A DNA stretch of 64,000 bases from Eledone cirrhosa (Eukaryota): NCBI GenBank assembly GCA_964016885.1, contig OZ024740.1, positions 97,464,001-97,528,000 on the forward strand. The letters are read 5' to 3'. Of this stretch, positions 12,536 to 25,229 are shown in pieces. Every line of letters begins with the position of its first letter. The first letter of the stretch is position 1. Under the pieces are notes generated by a model that was given only the letters and a program-made list of their open reading frames with translations, searched no databases and was not told where the DNA came from. The position numbers and the translations under genes are program-made.

Positions 12536-15500
12536 TCATCATCACCATCATCATCACCGTGTTACGTCCGTTCTACCACGCTAGCATGGGATAGACGGGT
12601 TGTCCTGCTGTGGGCAGTGTCTGATCGGTTGACCTTGTCCTGCTCATACAGAAATTCTGGCTTGATTTCTACAGCTGGATGCCCTTCCTAACACCAACCT
12701 CATTTACAGTGCGTGCTGGGTGCTTTTTTTCCGTGGCACCTACACGTCCACTTTACAGTGTGGGCTGTATGATTTTTTGCCATGGCACCTCCATGACCAC
12801 TTTGCAGTGAAAGGGTGTGGAGGCATATTGTCTATATTGTCTATATGCTTCAGTCTCGGCTTGTACCCATGGGAGGTCGGGTATTCTGTATTACTGCGTG
12901 ACGCCAGAGCTCACGGTCGTGAGTCATCGCATTTGAGAGGTGTAATTGGGTAAGGTCGGCTTTTAACACCTCATCCCAGGTCTTCGTAGGTCTCCCCACT
13001 CCGCGGTTTCCATCGACTTCTAGTGCTCTGCACTTTTTTATGCAGCTGTCATCCTTCATACGTATCACATATCCATACCAACGCAACCACCTCTCCTGCA
13101 CACAGCGTTTGATTCCTCTTATGCTCAGTCTCTCTCTGAATTCATTTATGCTTTGCCGTTCGTGTATATTACTATTACACATCCATCTGAGCATGCAGGC
13201 TTCGTTTCTTTCTAATCTACGCAAGTCTTCCACATTCAGCGCCCAGGTCTCGCTACCATGTAACATTGGTGTTCGTATACACGCATCATACAGTCTGCCT
13301 TTCATTTTACGGGAAAAGCCTTTTGCAGCTAGCTGTGACAGTAGCTCCCTGAACTTCCTCCATCCCGTTCTTACCCTAGTTATTGTACTTTCCGAACACA
13401 CACCTCCGCTGCTAAAGCGGTCACCTAGGTAGCAGAAGATGTCTACTGTTTCTACAAAGCCCTCCCAGAGATTGGTGGTACTACACTCTTAACTAATCTT
13501 CCTGAGATCCCGCTACATCTCTTGTGTACCCATTGTTTGCATTTGGGGCAGAGAATGGAGTTCCTACCTACACCTTTCCTACATACTGAGCAAGGCGATT
13601 TCTCAGAAGGGGATCTTGCTTCTGTTTTCTCGTCTACTTACAAGGACCTTAGTCTTTGTCAGGTTGACTTTGAGACCCTTTCTTTCTAGTCTTTGCTTCG
13701 AAGTTTGGAATTCCTTCTCTAATTCTACCATAGATTCAGCTATAAGTGCGAGCTCATCTGCATACAGTAGTTCCCATGGGCATCCGGTCTTAAACTCCTC
13801 CGTTATTTCCTGCAGGACTATGATGAACAGGAGAGGGCTAAGAACAGAGCCCTGGTGGACACCGACCTGTACGCTAAATTCCTCGCTATACTCATTGCTA
13901 ATCCTAACATTGCTGACTGCTCCCCTATACATGGCTTGTACAGCTTTCACAATACATTTACTCCTAGTTTTCTAAGAGCCCACCAGATTATAGCACGTGG
14001 AACTCTGTCAAAGGCTTTCTCGAAATCGACGAATGCCAGGTAGAGTGGCTTACTTTTAGCTAGGTACTTTTCCTGTAACTGCCTCACATGGAAGAGGGCA
14101 TCAGTGGTGCCTCTTCCTGGTACATACCCAAATTGCATCTCATCTAGTTTCACCCGGTCCCTAATCATCTATGCTATAACTCTTTCTGTTAGTGTCATGA
14201 CCTGGTCCATCAGCTTTATACCTCTATAGCTTCCTTTATCTAGTGCATCACCTTTATCTTTGTAGCAGTTGACAACGATGCTACTGCACCAACATTTAGT
14301 ATGACACCTTCTAGCATTACCTGGTTAACAATACGTGTGGTTATAGTCTGACCTTCCGAACTAGATGCCTACATCATCTCGGAAGCTATAGCTGATGGAC
14401 CGGTTGCCTTCCCCATCTTCATATCTTTGATTGCCTTACTTACTACGCTGCTGTTGACTTGTACTGCTGGCCCCTATATAGGGTCTACTTGCGGTAGGGT
14501 CTCTTCTTTCCATGCCTGTCTCTTGGCCTTAACTGCTTCATCTACCTTATTATTCCACCACCAAGTCAGTCCCTCCTGCCTGTGGTCTTACTCAAGCCAC
14601 AGATCTCATCCGTCGCCTCTATTAAGTTTTCTTTTAGGAATTCCCAGTGCGCTTCTACATTGAATGTCTCTGTCTGTTCTTCCTTACTGCGTAAGCGTTT
14701 AATAAAATATCTTTAAATCTGTTACTGGCTGAGGGGTCTTTCAGCTTCTAGATCTTTCTTCTCCAGGTTGGCCTCTGTTTCCAGGTTCGTCTAGTTCTGA
14801 CCGTGAGGTCGCTGACAACTAATCTATGTTGGGAGGTACATTCCTCACTGGGGAAGGCTTTTGTGTTTACGACCGTCCATCTGTCATGTCCTCTGATGAG
14901 GATAACATCTATCTGACTAGAATGCTCCCCTGATCTATAGGTGATCAGGTGGTTGTCGGGTCTTTTGAAGTTTGTGTTACATATCGACATGTCATTGGCG
15001 TCACAGAATTCTAGAAGCCTGAATCCTTTTTCATTTCTTGTGCCAACCCCATGGCCTCCATGGACTCTATTGAAGCCGTCACAGTGTTTACCTACGCGTC
15101 CGTTAAAATCTCCTGCAATGATTAGGAAGTCATTGTCGTTTGTCAGAGCAGTAATGTGCATTAGGGACTCGTAAAACCTATCCTTACGTTCGTCTGGCAA
15201 ACCCGATTGGGGTGCATAAGCTGATATTATTGTGGTAATTGTTTTATTCAGGACTAGTCTGAGTTTAATGATTCTTGCATTCACCCTGTTCACTGAGATT
15301 ACTATATCTACTCAGTTGTCAGCTAGTATAATACCTACCCCACCCATCCCATCGTCATTTCCCACCCAGAAAAATGTGTAGCACTGACTTTTTCCTACAA
15401 GGACTCTAGCAGACTCTGCTCTCCATCTAGTCTCTTGCACACAGCATACATCAATTTCCTTTCGCTGTAGCATCTCTACGATTTCTCTTTTCATTGTGCT

Positions 15501-15650
15501 TACTTTGATGGTACCAACTCAGAGTTTTGGGCATTTGTCAACATTCGTGGGGAAGGGTTGATTTTTGCTCGGGTGTGCGTGTGCTTCCTGTCTCTGAATT
15601 GAAGCTTCACATGGGTGCTTGGTAGCTCGCGGATTCATATTCATTTATTA
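12536..15650 (-). mobile_element. Degenerate RTE-clade LINE (APE endonuclease + RT) with (ATG)n tail
   Basis: ORF fragments: APE (CCVQETRW, ISAYAPQ, GDFNG, SQID, SQHRLV; 14748-15494), RT (QFGYVPGRGTTDA, FVDFEKAFDRVP, HQGSVLSP, YAD; 13603-14168) and C-terminus (12850-13401). (CAT)n at 12536-12557. Confidence 0.92.
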
Positions 15651-16335
15651 ATTCAGGGTTGCTCCATTTATTCTCAGCTCATCCATACATAACGGTAGGA
15701 AAATTCAGGGCTAGCAAAACAGTGGTGGTGGTAATAATGGCAGGGTGTGTTGCGGCTGGGACCGGTGGGGAGAGAGGTAGGTAGTAGTAGACATGGCAGC
15801 GTTTGTTGGGGTTGGTAATGGGTGAGGGGGACATGCGGTTTGATTGGTCGAATAGGGTATGGTGGTTTGAAGGGGTGGGTGGGAGGGAAATTGTGAGGTA
15901 GGTTGCCATCATGGCCTGTAGCACCTCATGGCAAAAGAAACTGATAGGAGTAGATGACTTTGAAGAGACAGCTAAATGATAAATACAACAACACTAATAA
16001 TAGTGTAAGAGAGAGGAAGAGAGTAGATGACTTTGTAGAGAGGCAGCATGGGAGAGAAAATGAGGGTAAAAGTAAATGTGTTGTGATAAATACAGCAATA
16101 AATGTGTGAGCGGAACAATTGCAATTAGGAAATAGAGGGATATCTGGAAGATTTGTATGGATGGATGGATGGAACGTGGTTTAGTGGCTCTAGTGATTCA
16201 TTTTAGGCTTTCAGAATCAAGTGTGTTTTATCTATTCAAGAACTTCAAGATGAGTGAGGAAGGAATGGTTGAGAGGGAAAGGGAGGTAATAGGTGGTTTA
16301 GAGATAGATAGATAGAGAGAGAGAGAGAGGGTAGC

Positions 16336-16379
<44 letters not shown>

Positions 16380-16380
<1 letters not shown>

Positions 16381-18020
16381 GTAGCCGTCATAGAGAGAGA
16401 GATAATGTCTATGTTGTCTATATTACCGTCGTGTTGTTGTCTGGCATGTTCGTATAGTACTGCACCGTTTTTTCGTCTTTTTTGTTCCCCCCAGTGTTGG
16501 TCTATCCTTTCACCTATGCTACGAGCTGTCTCACCTATGTATGTTGTTGTCATGTTTCTGCAAGTACCCACTGTACATCTTATGCTATAGACTACGGTTC
16601 TAGTCTTACAGTTTATCCGGGGGTTTACCTTACATATCATACATTTTCTATTAGTAAAGTGGATTTTCTTAAAAGGGTAGGTCTTGCTGATCAGGGATTT
16701 TATGTTGGTTCCTGGCTTTTCTACCTGCTTAATCTTTAAGTAGGTCTTTCTCAGGGCCTTTCTACACTGGTTAGCTAATTTCCCTCCAGGGGTAGCGTCC
16801 ACAACCATGACACTCTGGTATCTCTGGTTGTCGTACCATGAGGTGGCTTTCCCTATCTTATGTCTAGCCCTATCTAAGCTATTCCATGATATGATCCTGT
16901 ATAATGAGAAAATTCCTTTCATGTCCAATTCTATGAGGGTCTTATACTTCTCCGTGGCTCCTTCGTATACTCTGATTGTGTCTCTTTGGTTGTAACCAGA
17001 GAACTGCATGCGGTTGATGAACTGTTGGATGTGTCTTTCCATTTCTGTTGGGTCGCACATGCGGGACACGTTCTTCATCACTCTTACCAAGTCTGCGATC
17101 AGAATATTATACTTAGCACTACTGGACATTGCTGAGTTTTTGAGTATCATGTATTTGGAGGCCATGGGTATAGCATAGTGTGAGTGGATAATTTGGGCTC
17201 TCTCGTCTATAGTGTTAAACCAGAGTTCCGTGTCTAATACAGGTATTCTATTGTTAGGGTGTTTGGAAGGGTAGTCGATAGTTACAGTTATACTCTGGTG
17301 TATGGAATTAGCTATCTGCTGGATGCTCTCCATTGTGCTACGTTCTATATCAAACTTGTTAGTGCTCTCTTGTGGGGATGTTCTTATAACTATATTGATA
17401 TCGTCTACGTAACGAGAGTACATGATGGGGTCTATGGAGCTCTCATTAAGGAGATCTTTAAGTCTCCTTTCCCACCATAGCATACACAGGTTGGCTACGT
17501 CACCAGCTATGCTATACTGACGCCAATGGCTGCGCCCTCATTTTGGGTGTAGATCTTCTCGTTGAACTTGAATACGTGACCTTTTAGGGTAGTTTTGATA
17601 CTAGTCCCCATTGCATGTGCGACCATTTTTCTTACCTGATCATTGTTTTGGGGGGTCCCCATAGCTTTGGTCCACCCAATCCACCTTCCCATGGGAGTCC
17701 TTTTAGCCATTGAGATTATGCTGGGGGGTCTACTTCTTATGGGTCTACTGGGGCAGAAACGTCTAAGGTCATGGCTGTCTAGGTAGTCAGTGTCGTAGGT
17801 AAGTCTAAGTAGGAGGTCCAGTTCGTCTGTGTCGACGTCGCAGAACTCCACCTCACTCTCAATGATCATCTCCACACATGTTTCCACAGCAAAATCAATG
17901 TTACTGGATGGGTACAGTGATACCATATCCATGCTGCCTATTATGCAGTTGGATAGGTTCCTGCTTTTGTTGCACTCACTGATTCTGCTGAGGAGGTCCT
18001 CTGTACTGTCACATACATCT
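16380..18020 (-). mobile_element. Penelope-like element fragment (RT + GIY-YIG), truncated at both ends
   Basis: GSMDMVSLYPS, YTQNEGAAIG, RYVDD, LDTELW, then CMIC...NCKTRTVVYSIRC...YIGETARSIGERIDQH (GIY-YIG). Ends in a (GA)n tract. Confidence 0.88.
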
Positions 18021-20852
18021 GCGAAAACCAACCAAACAGTGAGTGTGTTCTGCTATTAATTCTGGCAATATTACACAAATATGACCCTCCCCAAGTATAA
18101 CAATATATATAAGAAAAAGCCTACCACAACCCCGTTGGATGTCAGAACTAAACGAAAGAAATTTGGAAAACAAAGCACATCGAATAAGAAAAGAAATGTG
18201 GAAAACATGGAAAAAATGTCTTAACATAAGAAATCAAAACTTCTGGAAAGCATACAAATGCGAAACATATGTCGAAACACATTCGAAATGGCTCTCTCTA
18301 ACGGCACCCATACTCCCTCGTAAATACCTAATTACAGAAATTGCAGGAGAACCATAAGAAGAAACAAAACTCCGATGGAAACTTACATTGACAAAATTCA
18401 GGACCGACATCTCCATTTCTCAATGTAAACAATCCCGCTACAAAGCCAAATATGAAGCTATCTATGACCAAATTGAAATTTCAAAGCTAACGACTGGTAT
18501 TATAGCTGAAAAACTACGAGAACTATGGATTAGAGATATCTCAAAAGAAGAAAACAAATCAAGAAAGGTATGGCAGCAGAAACAATTATTTCTCGACGAA
18601 TATGCTGCAAATTACGGTAAAGACTCTGGAACCCTGAGAAAAAGCATTAAAAGTGGACAATCTCACCAACACAACATACGCCAGAACACGTGCCAACACA
18701 AACACTCATCTTACCTTGAATCAAAGAAGAACTACGGTAATAACTCTTCGCTTTTTCTACAAAAACACCCTATCGCACACAACATGAACAAAAAGCACAG
18801 ACACGATAGATATTCCTTTGACCAGACCATGACAAGTAGTAAAACCAGTAGATCATTCTCAAGATCTCAACAGAGACTACCCACAAGGAATGTGAAAACA
18901 AAACGTAGAATAACCAGATCACTCTCAAGATCTCAACAGAGATTACCCACAAGAAACTGGGCGAAAAAACGATCTAAATCTGAAAGCAAACCTAGGTCAT
19001 TTCCCCAGATTGTGAAAAATAAGGCTAACAAGAAATGGAAAAATAATATACATAATACCAAAAATAGGACTAAATACATAACGAAACCAAATATAATATC
19101 ACGACCAAAAGTTCATCAAGCGAACACCAACAGGAATATAAATCCTGAACAGAGAAAAATCCATTTTTTAACGCCAGGACAACAAAAACCGAAAAAAGAA
19201 AAACTCCAGGAGGAAACATACCCAAAATAACTGTACACGTAGATCCTAAAATAATTAATTTATCCAAAAGAGATCTTGACAATGATGAAATGCAAATTCT
19301 GCCAAAGGACTGAAATTCACACCGACTCCAACAGTCAACCATCAAGAACTGAAGGAGGATACCCAAGAATTCTGTCGAAAATTACGTCTTGTAAAATTCT
19401 TCGCTGATAAAAGTAATGGGAGTGATGAATCACTAGTAAAGAATAAATCAAATTTCACTCCGCCAGAAGGAAGAAATATCTATCTCGACCAATACATTGA
19501 CATCCTGTCTAAATTCCCTCTTAGACTTAATACCAATGTTAGGCCAAACATTAACAAATCAGAAATGTCTGCACTTAAACGTATACAAAATGATAAAACA
19601 ATAATAATTAAACAAGCAGATAAAGGGGGTGCAGTTGTTATAATGGATGCTTAATACTACAAGGATTTGGTTGAGGAACAACTGAAAGACACAACATTCT
19701 ATCATGAAATACCGTCAAATATAGACCACAACATCATGAAGAAGATCAACAACCTGGCTTCAAAAAACCACAACTCACTTACTGATAAGGAAAGAGACTA
19801 CATCACCAATTTTGAGCCAAAACCCAGCAACCTCTATGGCCTACCGAAAGTTCATAAGTCAAAAGAAATACAACTGGCAGTAAGAGAACATTAAATTACT
19901 ACACCCAAACGACTTAAAACTTAGACCTACTATAGCTGGTCCAACATGCCCCACCCACCGTCTAAGCAATTTTGTTGATATTATTTTGAAACCACTATGT
20001 ATTCACATACCCAGTTTCATCCGGAATGATATCGACTTGCTGTCCCATCTTCCCAAAACGACGGAAACGAATTCACTTCTACTTAGTGTTGATGTGGTAA
20101 GCCTTTACACCAACATTACACATGATTTAGGAATAAAGGCGGTTAAATAATGGGTGGAAAAACATAGAGAAGTGATTCCCATCAGATTCACAGCGCCATT
20201 TATATTAGACGCAGTTAAACTTATTCTGGAAAGCAACACTTTCTTCTTCAATGGAAAGAATTACATCCAAATTAGAGGCACAGCGATGGGAACGAAGTTT
20301 ACGCGAACTCTGTAATGGGATACTTAGAACAACAACTCTACCAAGAAATAGAGGAAAAATATAGTACTGACTTTAGAAAGTACATTGAAAAATCTTGGAA
20401 GAGATACCTTGACGACAGTTTCATCATCTGGACAGAATCTCTAGATACATTGGATGAGTTCAATATCCTCCTGAATAACCTACACCGATCTCTTCAATTC
20501 ACAAAAGAGATGAGTAGGACCAAATTACCATTCCTAGATATAATGATAATCAAAAACGACACCACCATTACCACGGATGTATATTATAAACACAGACACC
20601 CATCAATATCTGAATTTTAAGTCGTGCCATCCACCTCATACAAAACGCAACATCCCATACTGCCTAGCCAGAAGAATTTGTACCATTGTAGAAGATGCGA
20701 ATACCAGGTACAAACTAAGAGAATTTTTCGTCAAACAAAAATACTCATCTCTACTTATAGAAAATGGCATACAGCGGGCAATAAAAATACCTATATAACA
20801 ACTTAGGACAACCCAAGGAAGAAGAAACCAAGAACTGGTCATACCATTTATA

Positions 20853-21437
20853 ATGACACACAACCCATGTCATCAGTATATCTTCAACACTGCCAAAGCA
20901 AACCTACCGATCATTGCTCAAAGTAATGAATTAAAAGGCTTAATCACAGATCGACCTTTGACTCTTAGTAAAAGACAGCCGAAAAATTTGAAGCAATTAC
21001 TAACAAAAGCAAAGTTTGACCTTAACAACAAAGACCAATCATTCACTGTACCTAAATGCAATGATAGTCGATGCGGCACATGTCAATCGATACACGCCGG
21101 TCAATATATGAAAACAAAAACTCAAAAAATATTCCCAAATGCAAATATGAACTGCAAAAGCAGAAATCTAATTTACTGCATTAAATGCCCGAATTGTGAA
21201 GAACTATATGTCGGTCAAACTGGAAATGCACTATCAGAACGTGCACGGGTACACCGTCAGCAAATCAGAGACCCAAATGTCCGTCAGATACCCCTAAGTA
21301 AACATCTAGCAACATGTGGTCAGGTAATATTTATAATATTCCCATTCTACAAATTACACAGCCCTAGTGAAATCAAGAGAAAAATCAAAGAAAAGAATTT
21401 TATTGATAAATTCAAACCCAAGCTAAATGAACAATAA
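20853..21437 (+). pseudogene. GIY-YIG endonuclease segment of the PLE
   Basis: NCKSRNLIYCIKCPNCEELYVGQTGNALSERARVH...HL...KPKLN. Upstream RT frames are broken by stops and frameshifts. Confidence 0.85.
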
Positions 21438-21805
21438 TAATGCTTAGGGGTATTACTTCTACTATGACTATGACTACGACCATGTCGACAAAGACCACTA
21501 ACAACAACAACAACAACAATAATAATAATGATAAAAGTGATGTTGATGCTATTTTCATCATTTCTAAAAATAGCAAAACAATTGATGCTTTGGATAGGAT
21601 CAATTAGTGGTCGTTAGGCATGCTCAACCAACCGTGACGCCTAAACCAATCAGCTTTAGTAATTCAGTGAAACTACACACCGATTGGTCGAAATACAGTT
21701 TGCAAGATTTAGCATTCTCGAGCCACTTTTCACTGTGTATAAGGTACGAAATTTACCCATCTCATTACATTTGAAAATTGCAAACTTGACAGTCACCACA
21801 CATTA

Positions 21806-21844
21806 TGAACCTGAAGATTGCGAAAGCATGAAAGTACTTGTTCA
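21806..21844 (+). ncRNA. Minimal hammerhead ribozyme in the PLE 3' terminal region
   Basis: tgaac CTGAAGA t tgc gaaa gca t GAAA gtac TT gttca: 5-bp stem I, GNRA-capped stem II, palindromic stem III AGUACU, CUU cleavage triplet. Confidence 0.82.
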
Positions 21845-21959
21845 ATTAACACTTAGCATTTAATATTCTATTATACTATTTCATTATAATACCATTATAA
21901 ATGTTAAAGGATTGTAAATAAAACGAGTAAATCAGACAAAGTTAGAATTCCTCTTATTA

Positions 21960-22033
<74 letters not shown>

Positions 22034-22040
<7 letters not shown>

Positions 22041-22347
22041 ATTGAGGTTGGTAATGGCACATGGAATATATAAGAGACAGAATACTTTTTTGTGAAAAAA
22101 CATAATTTTATAAGGTAAGGAAATAATAAAGGGTATAAAAAATGACCGGTTTCGATGGGTCTGCAAAAGCCATCTTTTCAAATGTTGATTAATCAACATT
22201 TGAAAAGATGGCTTTTGCAGACCCATCGAAACCGGTCATTTTTTATACCCTTTATTATTTCCTTACCTTATAAAATTATGTTTTTTCACAAAAAAGTATT
22301 CTGTCTCTTATATATTCCATGTGCCATTACCAACCTCAATTTTCTCT
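22034..22347. repeat. 314-bp palindrome between microsatellites, with a degenerate HHR in each arm
   Basis: Centre at 22190/22191 (aatgttgatt|aatcaacatt); no arm mismatches seen by eye. Right arm reads TTGAAAA gatgg...ccatc GAAA ccgg TC. Confidence 0.9.
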
Positions 22348-22394
22348 ATAACCTTCGTTTTGTGTAGAAAATTACACTTTTCATATATATATAT

Positions 22395-22441
<47 letters not shown>

Positions 22442-23162
22442 CGTGTGTGTATGTTTACATGCTAGTGTGCACATAAATACTTGTGTGTGTGACCAAAATA
22501 GTGTATACTCATGCATATTAATATTTAACAGGTTAAATTCAAAAGAGAAAAGGAGGTGGAAGTGATCTTGAGTAGTTTGGGAGTACAGCGATGATGAGAA
22601 ACGTTACTAAAGTGTGATGCAATAGTCAATGAGGGTTAGGTCAAGTCCATACAGTTCACAGTACTAATACTTTTTATCTAGACTATTGCATACCTAATGA
22701 TAAATATACCATTACCACATAATTAGACATCAATATTTACATCCTTCAGCAATAACTAACACAATTACACAGATACCTAAATGCCCAAACTGTACACCTA
22801 CAATACCAACCCAATAACACACACACAAACTAGTTGCTAAACACAGAAAACTATACTATTATGCAAAGCTAAAACAACACCTACGTATATTTTTTCCTCT
22901 TTTCCCAATATTAATCAAATGACAATGACATATGGATTAAACCCAACAACCAAATTCAATACCCAGATTCTAGCCAGCTGGAAACACAACTACATTATAA
23001 AACCATTTCTACAGCATCATGAAATATAATTGGTATGTGACCATCCCTCCAAAACTCTAGCTTACTCTCTACCCTTGCTTCTTAAAATTAACTTTCACCT
23101 ACTCTAACTATATAGGATACCATACCTCGAAGCCCTTCATTATTAAAATTTCACAATTTCAC

Positions 23163-23356
23163 AAGGGCGGTGGATTGGCAGTATCGGGAGAGGGTCGGAC
23201 GCCATGCTTTGCAGCACAGTTACGTCCCTTTACGGACTGAGTTCAAAACCCACCGAGGTTAACTTTGCCTTTCATCCTTAAGGGGTCGATAAAATAAAGT
23301 ACCAGTAATACACTGGGATAATTGCTGGCCTTGTGCCAAAAGTAGAAACAATTATT
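23163..23356 (+). mobile_element. tRNA-derived SINE with a 10-bp TSD
   Basis: A box TGGCAGTATCGG, B box GAGTTCAAAAC, body ctttcatcct..ggggtcgataaaataaagtaccag, ATT tail. TSD acaatttcac at 23153-23162 and 23357-23366. Confidence 0.85.
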
Positions 23357-23685
23357 ACAATTTCACTTCATTCCTGTCCTAATTTTAAGTTATATTTTTT
23401 ATGTTACTTTCACTTTGTTTTTGATTACTGATTTCCCTTCTACTTCCCAATCTACACCCATCCATTTGTCAATCAATGTATAGTTCGGCCACCCACCTCA
23501 TTTCCAAGATGCATTTGGATGAAGTTAACTCATGTTTAGGGATGAGGTATAGTATGCAGTTATTTATTATATTAACAGATACAGCTTGCCAGAGACCAGT
23601 GTTTCATTGTAAACAACTCACAAATGATGTGCTAAGAAGGATCATTCAAATACATGCAAGAATGGAGAAACGGATGTAAAAAGGA

Positions 23686-23733
<48 letters not shown>

Positions 23734-23738
<5 letters not shown>

Positions 23739-23932
23739 AACGAGTAGGACCCCGACGGCTGAGCTGAGGCCGTTTCGACGGATAATTCTGGACGCGTCCA
23801 GAATTAGCCGTCGAAACGGCTTGAGCTCAGCCGTCGGGGTCCTACTCGTTCCTATTACCCACTCTACTACCCTAAGTATTGAGTACTTTGGTGCGTTATG
23901 GTCCACCTGGTTCCTTACCACATTTTCTTCGT
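23734..23932 (+). mobile_element. (TA)n-flanked fold-back element (122-bp palindrome plus tail) with the 3' half of an HHR; probable PLE terminus
   Basis: Palindrome 23734-23855 centred on ggacg|cgtcc, containing GAAA cggct tgagctc agccg TC. Related copies at 38611-38670, 57253-57390 and 57497-57650. Confidence 0.75.
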
Positions 23933-23955
23933 TATATATATATATATATACATAT

Positions 23956-24350
23956 ATATATTGGTAAACGGAATAGAAAATGCTGACAAATTGTTCACAG
24001 TGAAAAATAGTTTAATTAGGAATAAGTGAGAATTAGTAATTGTATTGGTTCGTATTCAGCTTTGGTTTTAAGTTTTATCGGTTGCGCATTTCTAATGCTT
24101 TTCAAAAATAATTTTGAGATAGAGCGTCCGTGATAGCAAACATCACGGACGCTCTATCTCAAAATTATTTTTGAAAAGCATTAGAAATGCGCAACCGGTA
24201 AAACTTAAAACCAAAACTGAATACTAACCAATAAAATTACTAATTCTCACTTATTCCTAATTAAACTATTTTTCACTGTGAACAATTTGTCAGCATTTTC
24301 TATTCCGTTTACCAATATATAATAACTTGTGTGTTACACCTCTATTCTTT
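23956..24350. repeat. ~365-bp near-perfect palindrome between (TA)n tracts
   Basis: Arms 23956-24134 and 24142-24320 with loop agcaaac and few mismatches; short unique tail on the right. Confidence 0.88.
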
Positions 24351-24352
24351 TA

Positions 24353-24405
<53 letters not shown>

Positions 24406-24620
24406 AATCTGAGTTTTTGAATATTAATAATAACATTCGATATTCTGCAATTATGCAAACAAGCCTCAATTTTATAGCCATGTCAGTAGAATGAACACTT
24501 CAATCTTGCTCTAATGTTGGCATGCGAACAGAACTGGTGACACTAATGTTTCTGGGTATCACCCTTCATCAGTACAACATATGTATATGTGTATATATAA
24601 ATATATATATATATATATAT

Positions 24621-25144
24621 GGAAAGTTATATTTAAATTGTTGGGTTACAACTAGTAAATATTTATAACTGATATAAAAGCACTCAACAAGTATTTGGAG
24701 TATATTTACGATATTAAATAAATGGAAACTATATTTATAAAACCATATTTATTTCATTATATATATTTCTGGGATATCATATTAACAATATGTTATGCCT
24801 TCTTCAGACAAAATACAATATAGACAGTTTTATAAATAAATAGATTTGACATACCGTTCAACATCGACTTGTATTTGAACAAATCAACTTTTCAAATCAA
24901 CTTTTCAAATACAAGTCGATGTTGAACGGTATGTCAAATCTATTTATTTATAAATCAAACTGCCAAATCAACTTTTCAAATACAAGTCGATGTTGAACGG
25001 TATGTCAAATCTATTTATTTATAAAACTGTCTATATTGTATTTTGTCTGAAGAAGGCATAACATATTGTTAATATGATATCCCAGAAATATATATAATGA
25101 AATAAATATGGTTTTATAAATATAGTTTCCATTTATTTAATATC

Positions 25145-25146
<2 letters not shown>
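24621..25146. repeat. (TA)n-flanked fold-back element with a duplicated centre and an HHR in both arms
   Basis: Arms ~24706-24888 and ~24975-25146 are reverse complements. The central region repeats caaatcaactttt and a ~50-bp arm segment. Confidence 0.85.
25039..25104 (+). ncRNA. Hammerhead ribozyme with long stem II (mirror copy at 24750-24815, minus strand)
   Basis: tattttgt CTGAAGA agg cataacatatt gtt aatatgatat ccca GAAA tatata TA atgaaata. Stem I extends through ttataaaact/ggttttataa. Confidence 0.72.

Positions 25147-25229
<83 letters not shown>

Larger units (their letters stand above)
18025..21960 (+). mobile_element. Near-full-length degenerate Penelope-like element (Neptune-like) with a 3' hammerhead
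   Basis: Basic N-terminal ORF, then RT motifs across frameshifts (IKQADKGGAVVIMD, LYGLPKVHK, DVVSLYTNI, GTAMGT, WKRYLDD). Zn-knuckle CNDSRCGTC and GIY-YIG LIYCIKC...YVGQT. HHR at 21806; ends at (TA)n. Confidence 0.92.

Noticed and set aside
13040-13975. Plus-strand ORFs overlapping the RTE (and similar antisense ORFs at 27248-27958 and 49241-50386)
   Set aside because: Antisense shadows of RT coding sequence.
24541-24578. Minus-strand CTGATGA-agggtgataccca-GAAA hammerhead
   Set aside because: Core and stem II are present, but there is no convincing stem III/NUH/stem I; at best a decayed remnant.
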